Origin: an uncultured Candidatus Rokubacteria bacterium
GTDB lineage: Bacteria > Methylomirabilota > Methylomirabilia > Rokubacteriales > CSP1-6
Direction: 5' to 3'
NCBI GenBank assembly: GCA_963762145.1
Contig: CAVXJS010000011.1
Location: 736,001 to 800,000 of the forward strand
DNA length: 64,000 nt
Shown here piece after piece: positions 16,987 to 29,364 of this stretch (the first letter of the stretch is position 1; each line of letters begins with the position of its first letter). The notes under the pieces were generated by a model, which was not told the origin of the DNA, did not search any database, and saw nothing but the letters and a program-made list of their open reading frames with translations. Made by a program: the position numbers and the translations under genes.

Positions 16987-19245
16987 GTGGCGGTGGTGAA
17001 ACGAGCGCTGGTGGTGGTGGAGTCGCCCACCAAGGTCAAGACGATCCAGAAGTATCTGGACTCGAAGTACGTCGTCAAGGCCTCGATGGGACACGTCCGC
17101 GATCTCCCCAAGTCCAAGCTCGGGGTGAACGAGAAGAAGGGCTTCAAGCCGGAGTACAAGGTGCTGCCGGCCAAGAAGAAGGTGCTCGACGAGCTGAAGA
17201 AGGCGGCCGAGAAGGTGGATGCGCTCTACATCGCGACCGACCCGGACCGGGAAGGGGAGGCCATCGGCTGGCATCTCGCCCAGGAGCTCGGCATCAGCAA
17301 GACCAAGACGCACCGGATCATGTTCAACGAGATCACCGAGCGCGCGGTCAAGGCCGCCTTCCTGCACCCGGGCAAGATCGACACCAACAAGGTCAACGCC
17401 CAGCAGGCCCGGCGCGTGCTGGACCGGCTGGTGGGCTACAAGCTCTCGCCGCTCCTGTGGGAGAAGATCCGCCGCGGGCTCTCGGCCGGTCGCGTGCAGT
17501 CGGTGGCAGTGCGCCTGCTCACCGAGCGCGAGCGTGAGATCGCCGCCTTCGTGCCGGTCGAATACTGGTCGCTGCACGCCAAGCTCAAGGGCCAGAATCC
17601 GCCCGACTTCGTCGCGACCCTCAAGGAAGTGCGCGGCGAGAAGGCCGACCTGCCCGACGAGGCCGCCACCACCGCGGTGACGTCCGCGCTCGCGGGCGCC
17701 ACCTGGACCGTGAAGTCGGTCACGCGGGGGGAGCGGCGCCGGAATCCCGCGCCGCCCTTCATCACCTCCACGCTGCAGCAGGACGCGAGCCGCAAGCTCC
17801 ACTTCACGGCCAAGAAGACGATGATGCTGGCTCAGCAGCTCTACGAGGGCGTCGAGCTCGGCGAGGAGGGCGCGGTCGGCCTCATCACCTACATGCGCAC
17901 CGACGCGGTGCGGGTGGCCGCGGAGGCGCAGGAGGAGGCCCGCGAGTGGGTGACCGGGCGTCTGGGGCGGGAGTACCTCCCGGACGCGCCGCCCACCTAC
18001 AAGGCCAAGAAGAGCGCGCAGGAAGCCCACGAGGCGGTGCGCCCGAGCTCGGTGGCGCGTGAGCCCAAGGTGGTGGCGCGCTTCCTGTCCAAGGACCAGC
18101 TCGCGCTCTACCGCCTGATCTGGGAGCGGTTCCTCGCGAGCCAGATGCTGCCCGCGGTCTACGACACGGTGGCCGCCGACATCACCGCCGGGGACGCCCT
18201 CTTCCGGGCCCAGGGCTCGACCCTGAAGTTCCCCGGCTTCACCGCGGTGTACGTCGAGTCCCGCGAGGCCACCGACGAGACGCCGGAGGACGAGGCGGAG
18301 GCGGTGATGCCCCCGCTGACCGTCGGCGAGACGCTCGAGCTCCTCGCGCTCGATCCCAAGCAGCACTTCACCCAGCCCCCGCCGCGCTTCACCGAGGCGT
18401 CGCTGGTCAAGCTGCTGGAGGACCGGGGGATCGGGCGGCCGTCCACCTACGCGCAGATCCTCGGCACCATCCAGGAGCGCGGGTACGCGCGGCGCGAGCG
18501 CGGCACCCTCTTCCCGACCGACCTCGGCATGCAGGTCACCGACATGCTGGTGCCGCACTTCCCCGAGATCATGGACGTCGAGTTCACCGCCGGGCTCGAG
18601 GAATCGCTCGACAAGATCGAGGAAGGCGACGCGGACTGGGTGAAGACGGTCGAGACCTTCTACAAGCAGTTCTCGCGCGACCTGAAGGCGGCGGGCAAGA
18701 AGATGGACAACGTCAAGGTCGGGGTGGACGCCGGGCAGGAGTGCCCCGAGTGCGGCAAGCCGCTGCTCGAGAAGTGGGGGCGCTTCGGCAAGTTCCTGGC
18801 CTGCTCCGCCTACCCGGATTGCAAGTTCACCAAGGACATGAGCGGCGGGCGCGAGCGGCCCGCCGACGAGCCCACCGACGAGATCTGCCCGACGTGCAGC
18901 AAGCCGATGGTCGTCAAGCACGGCCGCTTCGGGAAGTTCATCGCGTGCTCGGGGTACCCGGAGTGCAAGACGACCAAGCCGGTGACGCTCGGGATCACGT
19001 GCCCGCTGCCGGATTGCGGCGGCCAGCTCCTGGAGAAGCGCACCCGCAAGGGCAAGACCTTCTACGCGTGCACGAACTATCCCACGTGCAAGTTCGCGCT
19101 GTGGACGCGTCCGGTGGCGGAGCCGTGCCCGAAGTGCGCGGCGCCGTTCCTGACCGAGCGCTACGCCCGCGGCGGCAAGGTCACGCGGCAGTGCTTCCGT
19201 GAGGAGTGCGGCTACCGGCAGGAACTGGTTCCGACGGTCGCCTGA
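16987..19245 (+). CDS. topA: DNA topoisomerase I
   Basis: VVESPTK, ATDPDREGE, SAGRVQS, ITYMRTD, C-terminal Zn ribbons. Confidence 0.98.
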   Translation: MAVVKRALVVVESPTKVKTIQKYLDSKYVVKASMGHVRDLPKSKLGVNEKKGFKPEYKVLPAKKKVLDELKKAAEKVDALYIATDPDREGEAIGWHLAQELGISKTKTHRIMFNEITERAVKAAFLHPGKIDTNKVNAQQARRVLDRLVGYKLSPLLWEKIRRGLSAGRVQSVAVRLLTEREREIAAFVPVEYWSLHAKLKGQNPPDFVATLKEVRGEKADLPDEAATTAVTSALAGATWTVKSVTRGERRRNPAPPFITSTLQQDASRKLHFTAKKTMMLAQQLYEGVELGEEGAVGLITYMRTDAVRVAAEAQEEAREWVTGRLGREYLPDAPPTYKAKKSAQEAHEAVRPSSVAREPKVVARFLSKDQLALYRLIWERFLASQMLPAVYDTVAADITAGDALFRAQGSTLKFPGFTAVYVESREATDETPEDEAEAVMPPLTVGETLELLALDPKQHFTQPPPRFTEASLVKLLEDRGIGRPSTYAQILGTIQERGYARRERGTLFPTDLGMQVTDMLVPHFPEIMDVEFTAGLEESLDKIEEGDADWVKTVETFYKQFSRDLKAAGKKMDNVKVGVDAGQECPECGKPLLEKWGRFGKFLACSAYPDCKFTKDMSGGRERPADEPTDEICPTCSKPMVVKHGRFGKFIACSGYPECKTTKPVTLGITCPLPDCGGQLLEKRTRKGKTFYACTNYPTCKFALWTRPVAEPCPKCAAPFLTERYARGGKVTRQCFREECGYRQELVPTVA

Positions 19246-19267
19246 GGCGCCTCCCGGTTCATCCACG

Positions 19268-20140
19268 ATGGACGCGGCGGTCGGATCCTTCCTCGAGTAT
19301 CAGGCGGTCGAGCGCGGCGCGTCTCCTCACACCCTCCGGAGCTACACCGCCGACCTGACCGAGTTCTCGCGCTTCCTCGCCGCCGAGAAGATCGCGGGCT
19401 GGGAGGCGGCGGACACCCGCGTGGTTCGCGCGTACCTCGCGTGGCTCCACAAGCGGAAGCTGGCCAAGGCCACCATCGCGCGCAAGCTCGCCGTGGTGCG
19501 GAGCTGCTTCCGCTTCCTCGGTCGCCGTGGCGCCATGGAGGTGAATCCCGCCCGTCAGGTGCGCGGTCCGCGCCTGGGCCGGCGCCTGCCGTCGTTCCTG
19601 CCGGTGGACGAGACCGCGGTGCTCCTCCGCCCCGAGCCGGAGTCGTCCGTGGCCGGCGCCCGGGATCGCGCCCTGCTCGAGCTGCTCTACGCGAGCGGGC
19701 TGCGGGTGGCCGAGGGCTGCGGGCTCGACGTCGACGATCTGGACGAGGGTCGACACACCGTGCGCGTCCTCGGCAAGGGCAGCAAGGAGCGCGTGGTGCC
19801 GGTCGGCGAGTCCGCGCTGGAAGCCCTCGCGGCCTACCTGGCCCTCCGCGGGCGGCGGCGCGGGCCGCTCTTCCTCAATCCGCGCGGGGGGCGGCTCAGC
19901 ACCCGGAGCGCCCTGCGCATCGTGCGCGCCCGCGCGCGCCGGGCCGGGATCGCCCAGCGCGTGACGCCGCACACCCTGCGCCACAGCTTCGCGACCCACA
20001 TGCTGGGAGCGGGCGCGGACCTCCGCCTCATCCAGGAGCTGCTGGGCCACAGCCGCCTCTCCACGACCCAGCGCTACACCCACGTGAGCCCGGAGCACCT
20101 GATGCGCGTGTACGACGCCGCGCATCCGCGGGCGACCTGA
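19268..20140 (+). CDS. xerC: Tyrosine recombinase XerC
   Basis: [33 protein letters not shown]; topA-xerC-hslVU synteny. Confidence 0.9.
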   Translation: MDAAVGSFLEYQAVERGASPHTLRSYTADLTEFSRFLAAEKIAGWEAADTRVVRAYLAWLHKRKLAKATIARKLAVVRSCFRFLGRRGAMEVNPARQVRGPRLGRRLPSFLPVDETAVLLRPEPESSVAGARDRALLELLYASGLRVAEGCGLDVDDLDEGRHTVRVLGKGSKERVVPVGESALEALAAYLALRGRRRGPLFLNPRGGRLSTRSALRIVRARARRAGIAQRVTPHTLRHSFATHMLGAGADLRLIQELLGHSRLSTTQRYTHVSPEHLMRVYDAAHPRAT

Positions 20141-20153
20141 GGCCGGACTCCCG

Positions 20154-20702
20154 ATGCCCTCGCCGACCGCCCCCTCGATCCACGCCACCACCGTGGTCTG
20201 CGTCCGACACCGGGGACAGGTGGCGGTGGCGGGCGATGGACAGGTCACGTTCGGCCAGACCATCATGAAGGCGGGCGCGCGCAAGGTGCGCAAGATGCAC
20301 CACGACCGCGTGCTCGCCGGCTTCGCGGGCGCGGCCGCCGACGCGTTCACGCTCTTCGCGCGCTTCGAGGCCAAGCTGGAGGAGCATCGGGGCAATCTTC
20401 CGCGCGCCGCGGTGGAGCTGGCAAAGGAGTGGCGCATGGACCGCGTGCTCCGGCGGCTCGAGGCCCTGCTGGCGGTGGCCGACGCGGAGGCGAGCTTCAT
20501 CGTGTCGGGCACCGGCGATGTGATCGAGCCCGACGACGGCCTGGTCGGGATCGGATCGGGCGGGCCCTATGCCCTCGCCGCGGCCCGGGCGCTGCGGACT
20601 CACTCCACGCTCGAGGCACCGCAGATCGCGGAGGAGTCCCTCCGCATCGCGGCCGGTATCTGCGTCTACACGAACGACCAGATCACGGTGCTGAGCCTAT
20701 GA
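20154..20702 (+). CDS. hslV: HslV protease subunit
   Basis: [28 protein letters not shown]. Confidence 0.97.
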   Translation: MPSPTAPSIHATTVVCVRHRGQVAVAGDGQVTFGQTIMKAGARKVRKMHHDRVLAGFAGAAADAFTLFARFEAKLEEHRGNLPRAAVELAKEWRMDRVLRRLEALLAVADAEASFIVSGTGDVIEPDDGLVGIGSGGPYALAAARALRTHSTLEAPQIAEESLRIAAGICVYTNDQITVLSL

Positions 20703-22090
20703 CCGACCAGCCGGCCCGACAGCTCGGCCAACCGCTCGAGATGACCGGGCTCACGCCGGCCCAGATCACCGCCGAGCTGGACCGCTTCATCGTGGGGCAG
20801 GGTAAGGCCAAGCGCGCGGTGGCCATCGCGCTGCGCAACCGGTGGCGGCGGCAGAACCTGCCCGCGGAGCTGCGGGACGAGGTGGCGCCCAAGAACATCA
20901 TCATGATCGGACCCACCGGGGTCGGGAAGACCGAGATCGCCCGCCGCCTCGCCAAGCTCGCCCAGGCTCCGTTCCTCAAGGTGGAGGCGTCCAAGTACAC
21001 CGAGGTCGGCTACGTGGGCCGCGACGTGGAGTCCATGATCCGCGACCTGACCGAGCTCGGCGTGAGCATGGTCAAGGCGGAGATGGCGGCGGCGGTGCGC
21101 GAGCGGGCCGAGACGCTGGCCGAGGAGCGGCTCCTCGACCTGCTGCTGCCCCGCCGGCCCGGCGAGGCCTTCGTGAGCGGCACCCTCGAGGAGGTGTCGC
21201 CCGACGCCTCCCGCGACGCCACCCGGGACAAGCTGCGAGCCCAGGTGCGCTCGGGCAAGCTCGACGACCGCTCGATCGAGATGGACGTGCAGCAGGCCGG
21301 GCCGATGCTGGAGGTCCTGCCCGGCCAGGGCATGGAGGAGATCGGGATCAACCTGAAGGACATGCTCTCGCACCTCATGCCGGGACGGACGCGGCGGCGG
21401 CGCGTCAAGGTGGGGGAGGCGCGGCGGCTGCTGGCCCAGGAAGAGGCCCAGAAGCTGGTGGACGTGGACGAGGCGGTGGGCCAGGCGGTCCGCCGGGTGG
21501 AGAACTCGGGCATCATCTTCCTGGACGAGCTGGACAAGATCGCGGGCCGGGAAGGCGGCCGGGGGCCCGACGTATCGCGGGAGGGGGTGCAGCGCGACCT
21601 CCTGCCGATCGTGGAGGGCTCGACGGTGACCACGAAGTACGGCATGGTCCGGACGGATCACATCCTGTTCATCGCGGCGGGGGCCTTCCACGTGGCCAAG
21701 CCGGCGGACCTGATCCCGGAGCTGCAGGGGCGCTTTCCGATCCGGGTCGAGCTGGAGCCCTTGACGCGGCCGGATTTTATCCGCATTCTGAGCGAACCTC
21801 AGAACGCCCTGATACGGCAATATGTTGAGCTGCTGAGGACGGAAGGGGTGGCGCTGCACTTCACCGCCGACGCGGTGGAGGCCATCGCCGAGATCGCGTT
21901 CACGGTGAACCAGCGGGCCGAGAACATCGGGGCCCGCCGCCTGTACACGGTGATGGAGCGGCTGCTGGAGGAGATCTCCTTCGACGCCCCGAACCTGGTC
22001 GGGCAGGAGCTCGTGATCGACGCGGAGTACGTGCACGCGCAGCTGGCCGACGTGGTGAAGGACGAGGATCTCTCCCGCTACATCTTATAG
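20699..22090 (+). CDS. hslU: HslU ATPase subunit
   Basis: [25 protein letters not shown]-terminal DLSRYIL. Confidence 0.98.
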   Translation: MTDQPARQLGQPLEMTGLTPAQITAELDRFIVGQGKAKRAVAIALRNRWRRQNLPAELRDEVAPKNIIMIGPTGVGKTEIARRLAKLAQAPFLKVEASKYTEVGYVGRDVESMIRDLTELGVSMVKAEMAAAVRERAETLAEERLLDLLLPRRPGEAFVSGTLEEVSPDASRDATRDKLRAQVRSGKLDDRSIEMDVQQAGPMLEVLPGQGMEEIGINLKDMLSHLMPGRTRRRRVKVGEARRLLAQEEAQKLVDVDEAVGQAVRRVENSGIIFLDELDKIAGREGGRGPDVSREGVQRDLLPIVEGSTVTTKYGMVRTDHILFIAAGAFHVAKPADLIPELQGRFPIRVELEPLTRPDFIRILSEPQNALIRQYVELLRTEGVALHFTADAVEAIAEIAFTVNQRAENIGARRLYTVMERLLEEISFDAPNLVGQELVIDAEYVHAQLADVVKDEDLSRYIL

Positions 22091-22091
22091 G

Positions 22092-22979
22092 GTGGACGAG
22101 CGCATGACGCCGATCCCGGAGCTGGTGCAGCGCGCCGAGCTGCTCATCGAGGCGCTGCCCTACATCCGCGCCTTCCAGGGCAAGACCCTCGTGATCAAGT
22201 ACGGGGGCGCCGCGATGGAACAGGCGGACCTCAAGGAGCAGTTCGCCAAGGACGTGCTCCTCCTCCGGCTGGTCGGCATCCGGCCGGTGATCGTCCACGG
22301 CGGGGGACCGCAGATCGGCGCGCTCATGAAGCGGCTCGGCAAGGAGCCGAAGTTCGTGGGCGGCATGCGCGTCACCGACGAGGAGACGGTCGAGATCGTC
22401 GAGATGGTGCTGGTCGGCAAGATCAACAAGGAGATCGTGGGCCTCATCAACCTGCACGGGGGCCGGGCGGTGGGGCTCTCCGGGAAGGACGCGAGTCTGC
22501 TGCGGGCCCGCAAGCGCCTGCACAAGATGCCGGACGGCACGTCGGCCGACATCGGGCTGGTCGGCGAAGTGGAGGCGGTCAATCCCGAGCCGATCCGGCT
22601 GCTCGAGGAGAACGGCTTCATCCCGGTGATCGCCCCGGTCGGGGTGGGGGCGGCGGGCGAGACCTACAACATCAACGCGGACCTGGTGGCGGGCGACGTG
22701 GCCGCCGCGCTGTTCGCGGAGAAGCTGATCCACCTCACCGACGTCACCGGCATCAACGGCGAAGACGGTCATCTGGTCTCGACGCTCACCAAGCGCGACG
22801 CGGAGCGGCTGATCAAGGCGGGCGTGATCGACGGGGGCATGCTGCCCAAGGTGGAGTCCTCCCTGCGGGCCCTGAGCGGGGGCGCGCAGAAGGCGCACAT
22901 CATCGACGGCCGCGTCCCCCACGCGATCCTGCTCGAAGTGCTGACCAAAGAGGGTATCGGCACTGAGATTGTTCTGTGA
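22092..22979 (+). CDS. argB: Acetylglutamate kinase
   Basis: IKYGG, HGGGPQI, NINAD, GGMLPK. Confidence 0.97.
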   Translation: MDERMTPIPELVQRAELLIEALPYIRAFQGKTLVIKYGGAAMEQADLKEQFAKDVLLLRLVGIRPVIVHGGGPQIGALMKRLGKEPKFVGGMRVTDEETVEIVEMVLVGKINKEIVGLINLHGGRAVGLSGKDASLLRARKRLHKMPDGTSADIGLVGEVEAVNPEPIRLLEENGFIPVIAPVGVGAAGETYNINADLVAGDVAAALFAEKLIHLTDVTGINGEDGHLVSTLTKRDAERLIKAGVIDGGMLPKVESSLRALSGGAQKAHIIDGRVPHAILLEVLTKEGIGTEIVL

Positions 22980-23016
22980 GCCGAGCCGCAGGCGAGGCGA
23001 ACGCATTTCAAAAAAG
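22978..23016 (+). repeat. Degenerate REP-like repeat copy
   Basis: GAGCCGAGCCGCAGGCGAGGCGAACGCATTTCAAAAAAG resembles copies at 2635 and 5706. Confidence 0.5.
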
Positions 23017-23060
23017 GGTGCCAGGGTAAGGACACGAAGGGAAACGAGAGGCCCGAGAAC

Positions 23061-24264
23061 ATGACCGACACGAAGACCCTGATCGATTGGGCGGACAAGC
23101 ACCTGATGACCACCGCCAAGCGCGCCCCGGTGGTGCTGGTGCGCGGCGAGGGCGCCCGGGTGTGGGACAGCGACGGCAAGGAGTATCTCGACTTCACCGG
23201 CGGCATCGCGGTGACCGCGCTCGGGCACTCCCATCCCAAGGTGGTCGGGACGATGCGGGAGCAGGCGGCCACGCTGCTCCACGTGTCGAACCTGCTTCTA
23301 CATCCCGCAGCAGACCCAGCTCGCCAAGCTGCTCTGCGACCACTCGTTCGCCGACCGGGTCTTCTTCTCCAACTCGGGCGCGGAGGCCAACGAGTCCGCG
23401 ATCAAGCTCGCGCGGAAGTGGGCCAAGGAGCACGGGGCCAGCGATCGCGGCGACATCATCACGATGCGGGGCGGCTTCCACGGCCGGACCCTGGCCACCG
23501 TCACCGCCACCGCGCAGGAGAAGTACCACCACGGCTTCGAGCCGCTGCCCGGTGGCTTCAAGTACGTCCCGTTCAACGATCTGCGCGCGGTGGAGCGGGC
23601 CATCGACAGCCACACCGCCGCGGTCATGGTCGAGCCGATCCAGGGCGAAGGCGGCATCAACATCCCGGACGACGGCTACCTGCCCGGGCTCCGCAAGCTG
23701 TGCGACGAGGCGGGCATCCTGCTCGTGCTGGACGAGATCCAGACCGGCATGGGACGCACCGGCCGGCTCTGGGGCTACGAGCACTCCGGCATCGAGCCCG
23801 ACATCATGACCCTGGCCAAGGCGCTCGCCAACGGGGTGCCGATCGGCGCGACCCTGGCCACCGAGAGCGTGGCGGCGGCGTTCACCCCCGGCACCCACGG
23901 CTCCACCTTCGGCGGCAACCCGTTCGTGACCGCGGTGGGCCTGACCGTGTTCACGACGCTGATGGAGGAGCGGCTGCCCGAGCGCGCGGCCGCCACCGGC
24001 CGGGTGCTGCGCGAGCAGCTCGAGGCGGTGCGCGGCCGGCACCCGAAGGCGGCGAGCGCGGTGCGCGGGCGCGGGCTCCTCGTGGGCATGGACCTGGTGC
24101 CCCCGGTGGGCGAGGTCATCGGGGCCTGCCGCGAGCGCGGTCTGCTCGTGCTGAGCGCGGGCGACAATACGTTGCGGCTGGCGCCGCCCTTGATCACCGA
24201 CGAGGCCACCGTGCGGCGTGCGGTCGAGATCATCGATCAGGTCCTGAGCGGCTTCGTGAAGTGA
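23061..24264 (+). CDS. argD: Acetylornithine aminotransferase; +1 frameshift near 23293
   Basis: YLDFTGGIAV and LGHSHP, then FHGRT, EPIQGEGG, DEIQTG, LAKAL, HGSTFGGNP. Confidence 0.93.
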
Positions 24265-25175
24265 ACCACTTCCTGTCCATTCGCGACATCGCCCGGGAGG
24301 ATCTCCCGCGCCTGTTCGCCCTCACGGCCGATCTCAAGGCCCGGCAGAAGGCCCGCGATCCCCGGACCCCGCTGCCCCGGCGCACCATGGCCCTGATCTT
24401 CGAGAAGCCCTCGCTGCGCACGCGCGTCACCTTCGAGGTCGGCGATGGTGCAGCTCGGCGGCGCGGCCGTGTACCTGGCCGCCCAGGAGATCGGGATGGG
24501 CAAGCGCGAGTCGGTGCCCGACGTGGGCCGCAACCTCTCGCGGTGGGTGGACGTGGTGGCCGCGCGCGTGTTCTCGCACCGGACGCTCGAGCAGCTCGCG
24601 GCCCACACCACGGTGCCGGTCATCAACGGCCTGTCCGACCTCGAGCATCCCTGCCAGGCGATGGCCGACTTCTTCACGCTCTACGAGCGCGGGCTGGACC
24701 TCGCGAAGCTCCGGCTGGCCTGGATCGGCGACGGCAACAACGTGTGCAACTCGCTGCTGCTGCTGGGCTCCATGCTCGGCACCAGCTCGGTGGTGGCGTG
24801 CCCGCCCGGCTACGAGCCGGACGCGGGCGTGCTGGAGACGTGCCGCGCGATGGGCGGGCGCGTCCAGGTCACCACCGAGGCGCGTGACGCGGTGGAGGAC
24901 GCCGACGTGATCTACACCGACACCTGGATCAGCATGGGCCAGGAGGGCGACCGGGAGCAGCGCCTCGAGGCCTTCCAGCGCTACCAGGTCAACGACCGGC
25001 TGCTGGACCTCGCGCCCGGCGACGCGCTCGTCATGCACTGCCTGCCCGCGCACCGGGGCGAGGAGATCACCGACGCGGTGCTCGACGGGCCCCGCAGCCT
25101 GATCCTGGACCAGGCCGAGAACCGTCTGCACGCGCAGAAGGCCATCATCGTCAATCTGCTGGGTGGGGAGCAGCC

Positions 25176-25179
<4 letters not shown>
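24261..25179 (+). CDS. argF: Ornithine carbamoyltransferase; +1 frameshift near 24441
   Basis: [32 protein letters not shown]. Confidence 0.94.
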
Positions 25180-26384
<1,205 letters not shown>

Positions 26385-26396
26385 GCGGCCGCCTCC

Positions 26397-27155
26397 ATGC
26401 GGGTCCACGTGGCGCTGACTCCGGCGGAATTCCCCGACGCGCCCCTCACGGGGTGCGTGGCGCTCGCGGTGGACGTGCTGCGGGCCACCACCGCGTCGGT
26501 GGCCGCGTGCGACGCGGGCTGCCGGCGTCTGGTGCCGGTGCCCGACGCGGCGGCCGCCGAGGCGCTGGCCGCGCGTGACGGAGCCGACACCGTGCTGGCC
26601 GGCGAGCGGGGGGGAGAGGCCCTCGTGGGCTTCGACCTCGGCAACTCGCCCGCCGAGTTCACCGCGGACCGGGTGGGCGGCCGCACCGTGGTGCTGACCA
26701 CGACCAACGGGACCGCCGCGATGCTGACCGCCGCGCGGGCGGCGGCGGCGGGGCTCGCCGCGCTCACCAACGTGACCGCGGCCGCGCGCTGGGCCCTCGA
26801 GCAGGGGGGCGACGTGACCATCCTGTGCGCGGGTGACAACGGGGCGTTCTCGCTGGAGGACGCGGTGTGCGCGGGCCTGCTGGTGGCCCGCCTGGCCGAC
26901 GCCTCGCCGGGCGCGGTGCTCTCCGAGGGGGCCCAGGCCGCGCTGGGGCTGGGGCGGCACTACGAAGCGCGCCTCGACCGCCTCGCGGAGGACTCGGGCT
27001 GGGGCCGCAGGCTCAAGCGGCTGGGCCGCGACGCCGATCTCGCCTGGTGCCTCCGGGCGGACGTGAGCCTGGTGGTGCCGGTGTTCCTGGCGGGCGCCTT
27101 CGTTCCTCGGCGCGCCGGGTCGGCCGCGGCGGTGGGCTCGGAGTCGCGCGCGTGA
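26397..27155 (+). CDS. comB: 2-phosphosulfolactate phosphatase (ComB) family protein
   Basis: [34 protein letters not shown]. Confidence 0.88.
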   Translation: MRVHVALTPAEFPDAPLTGCVALAVDVLRATTASVAACDAGCRRLVPVPDAAAAEALAARDGADTVLAGERGGEALVGFDLGNSPAEFTADRVGGRTVVLTTTNGTAAMLTAARAAAAGLAALTNVTAAARWALEQGGDVTILCAGDNGAFSLEDAVCAGLLVARLADASPGAVLSEGAQAALGLGRHYEARLDRLAEDSGWGRRLKRLGRDADLAWCLRADVSLVVPVFLAGAFVPRRAGSAAAVGSESRA

Positions 27156-27728
27156 ACCTCCCGATCGCGCTGACCCTGTTCCGCATCGTGCTGGTGCCGC
27201 CCATCATGGTCTTCCTCATCTCGTCGTCGCGGGTCAGCGTGCTCATCGCCGCGGTCATCTTCGTGACCGCGTCGCTCACCGACTGGCTCGACGGGCGGAT
27301 GGCGCGGCGGTGGAACCAGGTCACCAAGCTCGGCACCCTGCTGGACCCGGTCGCCGACAAGCTGCTGGTGGCCGCGGCGCTGATCTCGCTCGTGCACATC
27401 GACATGATCTCCGCCTGGATGGCGGTGGTGATCATCGGGCGCGAGCTGGCGGTGACCGGGCTCCGGGGGGTCGCGCTGTCGATGGGCGTGGTGGTGCCGG
27501 CGTCGTCGCTGGGCAAGGCCAAGACGGTTTCCCAGTACGTGGCCCTGACGCTGCTGATCCTCGAGAAGGGGGTCTCGCAGGACCTGGCGCTCTTCCACCT
27601 CGTCGCGCGCTCGGCCCTCTGGATCGCGCTGGCGTCTCACCGTGGTCTCGGGCGCCGACTACTTCTACCGCTTCTTCCTCCACACCAACCCGAAGGACCT
27701 GGTCCGGGATCGCGAGCGATGGCCCTGA
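27152..27728 (+). CDS. pgsA: CDP-diacylglycerol--glycerol-3-phosphate phosphatidyltransferase; frameshift near 27635
   Basis: LTLFR, TDWLDGRMAR, GTLLDPVADK, GKAKT; tail LTVVSGADYF in the shifted frame. Confidence 0.92.
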
Positions 27729-28323
27729 CCGTGCTCGGGCTCCTCGCCGCCTATCTGATCGGAGCGATCCCGATCGGCTTCCTGGTGGCCCGCGCCGCGG
27801 GCGGCACCGACATCCGGCGCGCGGGCAGCGGCAATATCGGCGCGACCAATGTGCTGCGCACCCTCGGCACCGGCCCCGCGGTGCTCACGCTGGTCGGCGA
27901 CATCGTGAAGGGCTACGTGGCGGTGCGTGTCGCCGCGCTCCATCGGGCCCGAGGTCTGGGCCGCGGCAGGCGGGACGGTGGCCGCCATCGCGGGCAACTG
28001 CTGGCCGGTCTTCCTCCGGTTCCGGGGCGGCAAGGGCGTGGCCACGGGACTCGGCGCCTTCCTCGCGCTCATCCCGTGGGCGGTGGCCCCGGCGGCGCTG
28101 CTCTGGATCGCGGTGACCGCGGTGTCCCGCTACGTGTCGATGGCCTCCGTGGTGGCCTGCCTCAGCCTGCCGGTCGCTGCACTGGTGCTCGGGCTACCCG
28201 CGCCACTCGGTCGTCGCGGCGCTGGTGGCGGCGCTGATCATCGTCTGGCGCCACCGCGAGAACGTCGCGCGTCTGGTCAGCGGCACCGAGCGGCGGCTCG
28301 GCGAGCACACCCGGGTCGCGTGA
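27719..28323 (+). CDS. plsY: Glycerol-3-phosphate acyltransferase PlsY; frameshifts near 27930 and 28198
   Basis: GSGNIGATNVLR, FRGGKGVAT, RHRENVARL..GTE. Confidence 0.9.
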
Positions 28324-29364
28324 GCCGTCCGGCCGACGCGGGCGACGCCCGGCGCGCGCCGGTGACCGTGCTCGGCGCCGGGAGCTGGGGCACCGCGCTC
28401 GCGATGCATCTGTCGCGCGTCGGCGTGCCGGTGCGCCTGTGGGCGCGCGATCAGGCCCTGGCCGCCTCCATGCGAGCCCGGCGCGAGAACCCACGCTACC
28501 TCCCGGGCGCCGCTCTGCCGGACGGCGTCACCGTGACCGCGGAGGCGGGCGAGGCCCTGGCGGGGAGCCACACCGTGCTGGTCGCGGTGCCGTCGCACTT
28601 CGTCGACGGCGTGCTCGAGGCGGTGGGCGACCGCGTCGCCCGCGACGCGGTGCTCGTGTCGGCGACGAAGGGCCTCGAGCCCGCAGCACGGCCTCCGCAT
28701 GTCGGAGCTCCTGGCCGAGCGGCTGCCCGGCCGGCCGGTCGCGGTGCTCTCCGGGCCGTCGTTCGCGCGCGAGGTCGCCCAGGGCCGGCCCACCGCGCTG
28801 GTGGTCGCGTCGTCGGACGAGCGGATCGCGGCCGACCTGCAGCGACGCCTGGCGGGTCCCGCGCTCCGGCTGTACACGAACCGCGACGTGGTGGGGGTCG
28901 AGCTCGGCGGGGCCGTCAAGAACGTGATGGCCATCGCGACCGGGCTGGTGGACGGGCTCGAGCTGGGTGAGAACGCGCGGGCGGCCCTGATCACGCGCGG
29001 CCTCGCCGAGATCGTACGGCTCGGCACCGCGGCGGGGGCCCAGCCCGCGACCTTCGCGGGCCTGGCCGGTCTCGGCGACCTCGTGCTGACCTGCACGGGC
29101 TCGCAGAGCCGCAACCGCGCGCTCGGTGGCGCGATCGCGCGGGGGCGGTCGCTCGCCGAGGTGGAGGCGGGGACGCCGATGGTGGCGGAGGGGGTGCGCA
29201 CCGTGTCCTCGGTGCTGCGGATGGCGCGGGACCGCGGCGTGACGATGCCGATCTGCGAGGAGGTCGCGGCCGTGCTGTTCGACGGCAAGCCGGTCGCGGA
29301 GTCGCTGGCCTCCTTGCTCGCGCGCGAGCCCAGACCGGAAGAGGAGGGAGTCTCGCGTGCCTGA
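28320..29364 (+). CDS. gpsA: NAD(P)H-dependent glycerol-3-phosphate dehydrogenase; frameshift near 28685
   Basis: GAGSWGTA, SATKG, SGPSFA, KNVMAIA, GLGDLVLTC, SRN. Confidence 0.94.

Noticed and set aside
19268-20140. Tyrosine recombinase as a possible integrase or mobile element
   Set aside because: Canonical dprA-topA-xerC-hslVU housekeeping context; no att sites or cargo.
26867-28970. Apparent PgsA-PlsY and PlsY-GpsA fusions
   Set aside because: Created by frameshifts; separate stops at 27728 and 28323 are recoverable.
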